From: Candidatus Krumholzibacteriota bacterium
GTDB lineage: Bacteria; Krumholzibacteriota; Krumholzibacteriia; LZORAL124-64-63
Direction of reading: 5' to 3'
DNA length: 25,169 bases
Assembly: GCA_039714075.1 (NCBI GenBank)
Contig: JBDLKA010000049.1
Coordinates: 1 to 25,169 of the forward strand
The translations under genes and the position numbers were made by a program. Numbering within the stretch: the stretch's first letter is position 1; every line of letters begins with the position of its first letter. Below the pieces are notes generated by a model that saw only the letters and a program-made list of their open reading frames with translations, was not told where the DNA came from and made no database searches. Of the stretch, positions 17,617-25,169 are shown piece after piece.

Positions 17617-18933
17617 ATGTACCAAAGCTGGGTCGACGCGACCAGGATCAGACAAGGGACGGATGAGGATATCTGGGCGGTGGACTACACCGCCCATCCT
17701 CTCTTGGACCCGGATTTCGCCACCAAGGGATCCCGTCTGCTGTATCTGACCCGGCTCAACTTCCGCCGCATCGTCCGCGACGAGGAAGTCTACCAGCAGG
17801 AACTGGCGCGAATCTTCCACCCCCAGGCCACCGACCCGGCCAACGGGCCGAGCCTGGCCGATCTGGTCGCCCGCACGGCGGACTATCTCCGGGAAGCCGA
17901 CATCTACCTTGCTTCGACCATCGAACTGCTGCCCTCGGAAAACCGGGCCGCCGTCCTGCCCCTGCCCCTGGTCACCGACTGCAACGACGTCCGCGATCTC
18001 ATGGGGATCGCCATCCACGGCGAGGGCCAGCGGCTGCGGTACGAAGCCCGGCGCAAGCTCTGCCTGGCCCAGATGCTGATCCAGATCGACCAGTCCCGCA
18101 TCATCCAGGACGGCCCCGACCACAAGGCCCGTTTCGAGGAGATTCTCAACGAGGACCTGTGGCGGTTCACCAAACAGATCCACGATCTGACCGTGGGCTA
18201 CCGTCTCAGCGAAGACGGCTTCAACATCGACTACACCTCGCGCCCCGCCGAGGGCGACACGCGGTGGGATTTCCGTTCCACCTTCGTCGAAAAGACCAGC
18301 GGCCGGCGGTCGATCGCCCTGGACATCCTCTACTACAACTGCCGCTTCAAGCGCTCGGTGACGCCCATCAGTTTCGAGATCGTGGACGGCTCCCACCGGG
18401 TGATCGAAAAAATCCGCTGGGGGGACATGCGCCAGGAGACCAGCGGTTCGGTGCTGTCCAAGATGATCCGCAAGGGCATCAACAATCCCGACGAGATCGG
18501 CGACATCATCGGGGCCATGTTCATCGTCAACGACAACGACGCCCTGACCGACCTGCTGGTCCTGCTCGACTCGTGCGTCGGGACGCCCTTCGGTTGGCGC
18601 AACGTCACCGACACCCTCGGTATCCATCCGGGCGGCAGCTCGCTGAACACGTACAGCAGCAAGGGCTTCAAGGTGTTCAAGGGGGATGTCGACGTGTTGA
18701 CCGAGGAAGACGGCGGCGGCGCTCCCTACCGGTTCCCCGTGGAGATCCAGATCTTCACCCTGGAAAGCTATCTGCGCACCGTCTGCGGCACCCACGACGC
18801 CAGCCACCTGGCGCTGAAGCTGCGGCAGTTCCTCTTCGGACTGGTGCCGAAGATCTTTCCCCGGAAAATCTACGGGTCGGAATGGCTCAAGCTGGATAAT
18901 CCTGCGGCCGGGGCGGGCAAGGGCCGGCCCTGA
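17617..18933 (+). CDS. RelA/SpoT-synthetase-like nucleotidyltransferase-fold protein (TIGR04552/TIGR04562-like)
   Basis: SVLSKMIRK...DEIGDIIGAMFIV...NTYSSKGFK...FPVEIQIFT...DASH..LK..Q follows the order of RSH synthetase motifs; strong GC3 codon bias. Confidence 0.65.
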   Translation: MYQSWVDATRIRQGTDEDIWAVDYTAHPLLDPDFATKGSRLLYLTRLNFRRIVRDEEVYQQELARIFHPQATDPANGPSLADLVARTADYLREADIYLASTIELLPSENRAAVLPLPLVTDCNDVRDLMGIAIHGEGQRLRYEARRKLCLAQMLIQIDQSRIIQDGPDHKARFEEILNEDLWRFTKQIHDLTVGYRLSEDGFNIDYTSRPAEGDTRWDFRSTFVEKTSGRRSIALDILYYNCRFKRSVTPISFEIVDGSHRVIEKIRWGDMRQETSGSVLSKMIRKGINNPDEIGDIIGAMFIVNDNDALTDLLVLLDSCVGTPFGWRNVTDTLGIHPGGSSLNTYSSKGFKVFKGDVDVLTEEDGGGAPYRFPVEIQIFTLESYLRTVCGTHDASHLALKLRQFLFGLVPKIFPRKIYGSEWLKLDNPAAGAGKGRP

Positions 18934-18943
18934 CGCCGGTTCC

Positions 18944-20467
18944 TTACGGGGTGTGCCGGGGAATCGCCAACTCGGACACGAGATTTCCCTGCAGCCAGAT
19001 GCGGTAATCGAAGGGGTCGGGATATCTCCCGCCGGTCATCTCGATTTCAACCTGCCCGTACTGGAAATCCCGGCGGATGAACGGGGGTGCGAAAACCGCT
19101 GGGCCCAGAGGCTGACCCAACGAGATGTCGTGGGAAGACCAGCCGTAGACCAGGGATCCCTGGCCGGACTCACCTGAATTCCAGGATGCGTAGAAATCCC
19201 CGAGCAAAGCTATGGCGCGGAACTTGTCGCCGGTGATGATGGGCGTCAGGACGTCGGTGTCGTCGCGGAAGGCCGTGTACCAAGTGCTGGCCAAGACGAT
19301 GTAGGGACCGCCGTTGACGGTACGGAACCAGGGCCGCACGTTGAAGAGGCTGAAGGTCCAGCCGGGATCCAGGGCGTGCTGCATATCCGGATCGGGAAAG
19401 AACAGGGTGGGAAACAGTTCGTAGTAGGCGCCATCGGCCAGGGACGCGAAACTGGAATCCGCGTAGGCCCGTTGCCCATTGAAGAACTGGATGAACCCTT
19501 CCCCGAGCGAGTCGCGCGTGGCATTGACCAGTTCGATCTGGGCCGCCCGGTAGGCCACCATTTCATCGGTGTCGTCCCAGTGGCCGATCCCGTCGTTGTC
19601 CATATCGGGATCACCCTCGTTTTCGATATCGGGCGACACCCACAGCACCGTATTGAAGTAATCCCAGTAGACCCCGTCGAAGACGTTGAGGGATCCCGCC
19701 TGCATCTCCATGATGGTTTCGATCATGACCTGCCGGCAGCCGGGCTCCAGGATGTTGATCAGCCGGCTGGTCGGCCAGTCCATCCCGATCTCCCCCAGGG
19801 TCGTATAGACGAAGTAGGGCGTGGTCCGATGGAACCATTTGTACCAGAAACTCCGGGGATTCGCTGTCTCCCCCCACAATTGCGCGGACTTCACCGACAC
19901 ATAGGCGAGAATGACCAGATCCGGGTTGAGGGCCTTGAGCTGCCTGACGGCATCGACATTTTCGGAGCCGCCCCCCATCCACAAATGGTGGCCCATGACC
20001 AGGCACAGGTCGGCACGAGAGAACTTTTCGATGGCCGCCGGATCCGCCCAGTCCACGGCGGTGAAATCGGTAATGGCCACGTGACGGGGGGAATGCGGCG
20101 GGAATTCCACCCCCGCGTCGCTGGCGACCACGCGGGCGGCAACGTTGTCCAGGACCAGTTCCCTGACGTAGGCCCCGGCGTCCCAGACGATGTTCCTGTC
20201 CTTGCCCGGCACGACCTGCGGACCCACGTCTCCGGTAACGAACATGACCGGAAAGTCCCAGGTGGCCCCTCCGTCGTCCGAAAGCTGCAGGGTGACCGCG
20301 GCGGTATCACCGTCGGCGTCGAACAGGGTGTAGGAAATATCAACCAGGCCGGACCCGTCGGTCCGCTGGGCCAGGACGACTTTCCTGACCGTGGGATCCG
20401 CTGCGTGAACGGAAAACCCAATTCCCAGATTCAGGATAACCAGGATGGCAAGGACCTTGAATCGCAT
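18944..20467 (-). CDS. Exported putative glycoside hydrolase (GH114/GH166/GHL15-like TIM barrel) with N-terminal Ig-like domain
   Basis: Signal peptide; LKALNPDLVILAY, FDGVYWD, FFNG, DGAYYE, RRDFQYGQV; paralogue of 21678..22943. Start placed at ATG 20467. Confidence 0.65.
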   Translation of the reverse strand: MRFKVLAILVILNLGIGFSVHAADPTVRKVVLAQRTDGSGLVDISYTLFDADGDTAAVTLQLSDDGGATWDFPVMFVTGDVGPQVVPGKDRNIVWDAGAYVRELVLDNVAARVVASDAGVEFPPHSPRHVAITDFTAVDWADPAAIEKFSRADLCLVMGHHLWMGGGSENVDAVRQLKALNPDLVILAYVSVKSAQLWGETANPRSFWYKWFHRTTPYFVYTTLGEIGMDWPTSRLINILEPGCRQVMIETIMEMQAGSLNVFDGVYWDYFNTVLWVSPDIENEGDPDMDNDGIGHWDDTDEMVAYRAAQIELVNATRDSLGEGFIQFFNGQRAYADSSFASLADGAYYELFPTLFFPDPDMQHALDPGWTFSLFNVRPWFRTVNGGPYIVLASTWYTAFRDDTDVLTPIITGDKFRAIALLGDFYASWNSGESGQGSLVYGWSSHDISLGQPLGPAVFAPPFIRRDFQYGQVEIEMTGGRYPDPFDYRIWLQGNLVSELAIPRHTP

Positions 20468-20512
20468 CAGAAAATCAACCAATCCGGGACAAGATGGAAT
20501 TTCTTCGATGAG

Positions 20513-21643
20513 CTATGAACCCGCCAATCCCGAACGGGTCCCTTTTTTTCTCCTGATGGCGAACATTATAGAAGCAATGGTGACCAGGAGCAAACTGCCC
20601 AGTGAAAGCCCCACCACCAGGGGTTTTTCCAGGAATCCGAACCGGGTGTAGGTCTGGTGGAAGGCGGCCGCCAACCCGCACAGAACAAGGAACCACCGGG
20701 CGCCGCTCGGACCAGCCGCGAATTCGGCCGCCAGGATGTCCGCGATCAGCCAGTAGAAGACCACAAAAACCGGAGCCATCAACCTCTCGTTGTTGGATCC
20801 GAAAAACGCCGACAGGGACACCAGGGCCACGAACAGGAGGGCGTACCTGCGGGCACGGAAAAAGGCCGCCGTTCGGTGATAGAACACCAGGGGCAGGAAT
20901 GTCAGCGGGGCCACCGAGTTCACGAACAGGTAGAACCAGGTGCGCCAGGCTGCCGCTTTGACTGAATAGTTTTTGAAGGCGCCCAGGATCGTGAATCCGC
21001 GGGCGGGCAGGGCAAGTTTCAAAACGATCAGCAAAACCACTCCCGGCACCGCGGCTGCCAGGAGGCGCCCCCCTTCTTTCTTCAGCCTGCCCTCGTCCCA
21101 AAGGTAGAGGACCGCCACCGGCACCATGATCATGGTGGTCTCCCGGGTCATGGCCCCCAGGAAGAGGATCACCCCGAACAAAACCCACCGTCCCCGGAGC
21201 ATGGCGCCGAAAAGAACCGCCAGGAACAGCAGGCCCAACATGTCGTTGAGCTGGAAATAATTCCAGAGGTTGAAACCGAAGAACTGCTTGTTGAGGACAA
21301 ACAGGATCACGGCCGTCAGGGCGGAGTTCCGGTCCAGGCCCCTTTCCGTCAGGAACCTGAAGAACAGGAGAGGAAGGACCAGCGAGGTCATGATCGTGAA
21401 GATCCGGAACATTTCCGGCGCGGGCAGGGGACCCAGCCCGGCCAGCAGGGGGCCGAGCAGGCGCGAGGCGTACGGCAGTCCGACGTTGTCCGCCAGACCC
21501 GGGGCCGCTTCGGCCATGTTCAGATAGGCCACCAGGTCCCACGACGAAAACGGCGGCACCGTGTGGTCGATCTTTCCGAACATGAAAATGGCCAGCAGGA
21601 CAACCCCCGCCAGGGCAAGGGTGCTCCGGGTGTGTTCGATCAT
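20513..21643 (-). CDS. Polytopic membrane protein, probable GT-C-fold glycosyltransferase
   Basis: About 10 hydrophobic segments; D..Y after TM1 (WDLVAY), PYASRLLGP, GAMTRET, NERL. Start placed at ATG 21643 to avoid overlap. Confidence 0.6.
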   Translation of the reverse strand: MIEHTRSTLALAGVVLLAIFMFGKIDHTVPPFSSWDLVAYLNMAEAAPGLADNVGLPYASRLLGPLLAGLGPLPAPEMFRIFTIMTSLVLPLLFFRFLTERGLDRNSALTAVILFVLNKQFFGFNLWNYFQLNDMLGLLFLAVLFGAMLRGRWVLFGVILFLGAMTRETTMIMVPVAVLYLWDEGRLKKEGGRLLAAAVPGVVLLIVLKLALPARGFTILGAFKNYSVKAAAWRTWFYLFVNSVAPLTFLPLVFYHRTAAFFRARRYALLFVALVSLSAFFGSNNERLMAPVFVVFYWLIADILAAEFAAGPSGARWFLVLCGLAAAFHQTYTRFGFLEKPLVVGLSLGSLLLVTIASIMFAIRRKKGTRSGLAGS

Positions 21644-21677
21644 GGACCATCCTTGCGACCTGCCGTGGCGGCCGGCG

Positions 21678-22943
21678 TCAGGGGGTGGCGGGAATTTCCC
21701 CGAACTGTTCGATGACCACTCCATTTTCAGGGATCACGTAGGAAAAGGGAATGGGATATTGTCCCGCGCCCATCAACAGTTCCACCCGGCCGCGTTCGAA
21801 ATCGCGCATGTACAGGTCGCCATTGATCACCGTCTCGCCCAGGGGACGACCCAAATCCAGCTCCACCGCCGGAATCCCGGCCCGCGGCTGACCGGTCAGG
21901 GCGTAGTGGGTGCTGGTGGCCCCCGTCAACAGGGCCACGGCTCGCAGCAGGTTGCCGGGATCGATGGTATCCCAGCCCCCGTCCTCGTTCCGGATGGATC
22001 CGACCAGCTTGGAATGGGACAGGATCAGCCACGGTCCGCCGTTGGTGCGGCGCGGCCAGGTCCGGGCGGTGAAAAGGTTGTTGTACTGGTTCAGATCAAG
22101 GGCGCGCCGGAAGGTTTCCCCGCTGCTGAAGCCCACGTTGGGAAACAGTTCGTAGAACATGCCGTCGAATTCCGCCGCGAACAGCGAGTCGGTCAGGGCG
22201 CGGTATCCATTGGCGATCTGGATGAAATCCGGCCCCATGGCCGCCTGCATTTCATGGGCCCAATCGTACTGAGCGTCCTGGAAGGCCTGCAGTTCGTCCT
22301 CATCCTCCATGTGCGGCACCCCGTCCCCGTCCATGTCCGGTTCGCCCTCCATGTCGGTGACGGCCGGAGCGATCCACAGCCAATCGTTGAAATAGTCCCA
22401 GAAGACCCCGTCGAACTTGTTGGACGACGCCTGCTGATGGCTCACGAACACATCCAGCATTGCCCGGCGAGCCTCGGGGTTCGTGTAGTCGAAGACCACC
22501 GCTCCCGGCCAGTCCATCAGGGTGTCCCCCGTGGTGGTCCGGCACCAATAGGGTTTGGCGGCGTGATAGAGATCGTAGATGTAGGTATGGGACTCCCGCG
22601 GGTTCACTCCCCAGGCCGTTTTCGTGACCTTGGAACGGAAGTAGGCGATGATCTTCAGGTCCGGCTTGGCCGCCCGCAGGGAAGCCAACCGGCCATCCAG
22701 GTCGGGCCGGCCCCAGAACTGGTCCGGTTGGACGATCAGGATGTCCGCCCGGGTGTATTTGGCCAGCTCGGCTGGATCCGTCAGATCACCGACCTGGTAA
22801 TCGAGAGCCGCAATTCGCAAGGACCCGTCATCGGTCGGAAAAAGGGTTGAACCCGTGTTTTCAGGATCACTGGGGCTGGAACAACCCGCCAAGCCCCAAA
22901 TCATTAGAATGGCCAAAATGGCGTTTGTCCTGCGCAAGCTCAT
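21678..22943 (-). CDS. Lipoprotein, putative glycoside hydrolase (GH114/GH166/GHL15-like TIM barrel)
   Basis: Lipobox LAGC; KPDLKIIAY, FDGVFWD, IANG, DGMFYE, RDFERGRV; GGGGAG RBS before ATG 22943. Confidence 0.68.
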   Translation of the reverse strand: MSLRRTNAILAILMIWGLAGCSSPSDPENTGSTLFPTDDGSLRIAALDYQVGDLTDPAELAKYTRADILIVQPDQFWGRPDLDGRLASLRAAKPDLKIIAYFRSKVTKTAWGVNPRESHTYIYDLYHAAKPYWCRTTTGDTLMDWPGAVVFDYTNPEARRAMLDVFVSHQQASSNKFDGVFWDYFNDWLWIAPAVTDMEGEPDMDGDGVPHMEDEDELQAFQDAQYDWAHEMQAAMGPDFIQIANGYRALTDSLFAAEFDGMFYELFPNVGFSSGETFRRALDLNQYNNLFTARTWPRRTNGGPWLILSHSKLVGSIRNEDGGWDTIDPGNLLRAVALLTGATSTHYALTGQPRAGIPAVELDLGRPLGETVINGDLYMRDFERGRVELLMGAGQYPIPFSYVIPENGVVIEQFGEIPATP

Positions 22944-23048
22944 GCCGTCTCCCCGGAATGCCGGTGCCGAATCGTGCAAATTGCCGTTTCAAAGGGACTT
23001 CCAGGGGAGGAAGCGCAATTTGCAGGCCGGACGCGGACCCAGCTCGAG

Positions 23049-23077
23049 TTGAGGCTCGGGTCTTTCCATGATACAAT
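23049..23077 (+). promoter_or_regulatory. sigma70-type promoter for 23117..24757
   Basis: TTGAGG-N17-TACAAT with TGn extended -10. Confidence 0.6.
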
Positions 23078-23116
23078 CGCGGACGAACCGCCGCAGGAAT
23101 TGCGGGGGTTTTTGAC

Positions 23117-24757
23117 ATGGAGCAGCGGGTCGGCAAGGGAAATAAAACCAAGGGAACCGAATTGAACAAGAACCTGTTGTCCCCCGGGGCCGAAACCGCC
23201 GCGGGCCGCCTGGCCGTGCTGGTCTTTCTGGGGCTGGTGGTCTACTTCAGCGTCTATGTCCTGACCGGGGATATCGCCAAGCTTTTGTCCTACGTCCCCG
23301 ACGATACGGCCTACTTCCTGGAGATCGCCGAAAACGCCGCCGGCGGCAACGGCCTGTCCTTCGACGGCCTGAATCCCACCAATGGTTACCAACCCCTGTG
23401 GCAGTTCGCGCTGGTGCCTTTCTACGCCCTTGTCAAGACCACCCCGGAGACGGCCCTGCGCCTGGTGCTGCTGCTGCAGGTGGTGCTGTTGACCGTGGCT
23501 TCGTACTGGTTCTACGGCGCCCTCGGGCGGATCTTCCCTCCCTCGGCACTCCTGGTTTCGGTCCTGTTCTTCGTTTTCTACGTGTTTGTCCAGGCCGTCA
23601 GCGGGATGGAAACCGCCCTGCTCGTTTTTGTCCTGGCCCTGCTGTTCCGACTGGCGATGACCGGACCGGTGTTCCGGTCCGGCGACCTCAAATCCCAGTT
23701 CGTGTTCGGCATGGTGCTGGGGCTGGTCATGCTGGCGCGACTGGACATGGTGTTCCTGGCCGCGGCCGTCGAGACCTTCTGCCTGGGCCAATTTTTCCTG
23801 CGGCGCGACCGGCGGAGCGAGGCCGCCGGCCGGATGGCGGCCATCTTCCTGGGCGCCACCCTGGTGGTGGCCCCCTACCTGGTTTTCAACCTCGTGAACT
23901 TCGGCAGCATGGCGCCGATCAGCGCCAAGCTGAAGCACGGGTTCCCCCACCTGGCCCCCGATCTCGACCCCATGAAAATTCCCCGGCGCGACCTGGCCTT
24001 CGGCCTGCTGGCGGGCGGATATCTGCTGTGGTCGGCCATCAGGATGCGGCGCTGGATCCGGGACCCCGATCCGCGAAGCGACTTCGCCATGGCCCTGGCC
24101 GTCCTGGCCCTGGGGTCGTGCCTGCATCTGCTGGACGTCGTCCTCTACGTCAAATGGGCCATCTTTTCCTGGCATTTCATCAGCTACCGTCTGTTCGGCG
24201 CCCTGCTGGTCTGCCTGGTCGCCGCCGGAATCCTGGGCAAGGCCGAGCGGCTGCCGCGCCAGCCGTTGTATTGGTTGGGGATCGTCATCCTGGCGGGCCT
24301 GGTCGGCCAGCGCATCTACCTGAAACACAACGTGCCGGCCAACAACTGGAGCAACGCGGCCTACGAGGCGGCGGTCTGGGCCCGGGAAAACACGCCCGCG
24401 GATGCCGTCTTCGCCATGAAGGACGCCGGGAATTTCGGGTACTTCAGCCGGCGCCGGACCATCAACCTGGACGGGCTGGTCAACAACCTGGCCTTCCAGG
24501 AAGCCCTGAAGGAAAAACGGCTGGCCAACCATCTCACCGACCAAAACCTGGACTACCTCATCCAGCACGCTTTCAACGACCGGGACGACATCACCGCCGG
24601 GACCTACGAAAGCGTGGGGCTACGGTACGACAGCCATTTATTCGAGGTCGCAAGCGATGAGATCGTCCTGCACCGGGCGGACGAGGCCTTCCGTTCGAAA
24701 CCCTACCCCCGCTTCGGGTCCGAGACGCTGCTGGTCATCTGGAAATGGCGACGATGA
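23117..24757 (+). CDS. GT-C-fold polytopic membrane glycosyltransferase (ArnT/PMT-like)
   Basis: DDTAYFLEIAEN..G.G.SFDG..TNGYQPLW, SGMETAL, LARLD, DAG..GYFS...INLDGLVN; many TMs. An alternative start is TTG 23162. Confidence 0.78.
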   Translation: MEQRVGKGNKTKGTELNKNLLSPGAETAAGRLAVLVFLGLVVYFSVYVLTGDIAKLLSYVPDDTAYFLEIAENAAGGNGLSFDGLNPTNGYQPLWQFALVPFYALVKTTPETALRLVLLLQVVLLTVASYWFYGALGRIFPPSALLVSVLFFVFYVFVQAVSGMETALLVFVLALLFRLAMTGPVFRSGDLKSQFVFGMVLGLVMLARLDMVFLAAAVETFCLGQFFLRRDRRSEAAGRMAAIFLGATLVVAPYLVFNLVNFGSMAPISAKLKHGFPHLAPDLDPMKIPRRDLAFGLLAGGYLLWSAIRMRRWIRDPDPRSDFAMALAVLALGSCLHLLDVVLYVKWAIFSWHFISYRLFGALLVCLVAAGILGKAERLPRQPLYWLGIVILAGLVGQRIYLKHNVPANNWSNAAYEAAVWARENTPADAVFAMKDAGNFGYFSRRRTINLDGLVNNLAFQEALKEKRLANHLTDQNLDYLIQHAFNDRDDITAGTYESVGLRYDSHLFEVASDEIVLHRADEAFRSKPYPRFGSETLLVIWKWRR

Positions 24758-24760
24758 AAT

Positions 24761-25168
24761 CTACCCTGACGGCCTGAGGGCGGCCGCATGACCATCCAGC
24801 CGCGACAGCATGGCCTCGCAAAGCTCGCGGACCGGCGGCGACAGATCCAGGTCGCGCCCCCGGCCCTTGGACCCGGTGAACACGTCTTTCACGATCCCGT
24901 CTCCGGGATAGGGCCTTCCGAGGAAATCGTAGGCCTGCGCCATGATCTCGCCGGGCCGGGTCACCAGGTCGGCGTAGCGGCACAGGCGGATCCGGGCGTC
25001 CTGGCTGAAACCGCGGGAAAAATACAGGCTGTTGCGGGCGTACCAGTAGAGGGCGGCCGCGTCATGGGGGTCCATGTCCGGGGCATAGAGATCCAGGATG
25101 ATGTCCCGGTCGGCGGCGTCCAGCTTTTCGGCCCGCCAGTTCGATGCCTCCGCCGCGACGATCGGCGC
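24761..25168 (-). CDS. Sulfotransferase-family protein, C-terminal part (5' end outside window)
   Basis: Frame is open to the window edge; AALYW..RN...LCRYADLVTRP..IM...YDFLG resembles the YEDLV..P...FLG region of sulfotransferases. The PAPS-binding N-terminus is not visible. Confidence 0.6.
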   Translation of the reverse strand, partial: APIVAAEASNWRAEKLDAADRDIILDLYAPDMDPHDAAALYWYARNSLYFSRGFSQDARIRLCRYADLVTRPGEIMAQAYDFLGRPYPGDGIVKDVFTGSKGRGRDLDLSPPVRELCEAMLSRLDGHAAALRPSG

Positions 25169-25169
25169 G

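Noticed and set aside
22953..22969. sigma54-like CGGCAC-N5-TTCC on the minus strand
   Set aside because: The invariant -12 GC is missing and the site is too close to the start codon.
23000..23070. c-di-GMP-I riboswitch (TCCGGCCT on the minus strand)
   Set aside because: Lacks the GCAAACC/GAAA/GACGCAAA elements in the required order.
23112..23117. Perfect TTGACA
   Set aside because: No -10 element at 16-18 nt spacing.

Overview
GC-rich bacterial chromosomal window with 19 supported CDS. A secreted protein ending in an 'NYPNPFNP' FlgD-Ig/T9SS-like sorting domain, together with a long-form GreA, suggests an FCB-superphylum candidate lineage such as Krumholzibacteriota/Eisenbacteria/Latescibacterota (inference). 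Gene order: a partial HNH protein; an IorAB-type molybdo-oxidoreductase pair; a secreted hypothetical protein; a YdfG-like SDR; a 747-aa long-form GreA; a small secreted FN3+FlgD-Ig protein; a peptidase MA; a CobB sirtuin; an orphan sensor kinase; a GT4; a secreted TPP II-like S8 protease; a Met/Cys gamma-lyase; a divergent RelA/SpoT-like (TIGR04552-like) nucleotidyltransferase; and a surface-glycan cluster (two paralogous TIM-barrel glycoside-hydrolase-like exported proteins, two GT-C-like membrane proteins, a partial sulfotransferase). The main candidates for novelty are (1) the RelA/SpoT-fold enzyme with altered substrate residues, coupled to the gamma-lyase; (2) the GH-like/GT-C/sulfotransferase cluster; (3) a consensus sigma54 promoter preceded by six A-tracts at 10-bp period; and (4) a terminator immediately upstream of greA. 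I saw no CRISPR array, rRNA, tRNA or transposase. All family assignments come from motif recognition, not from database searches.
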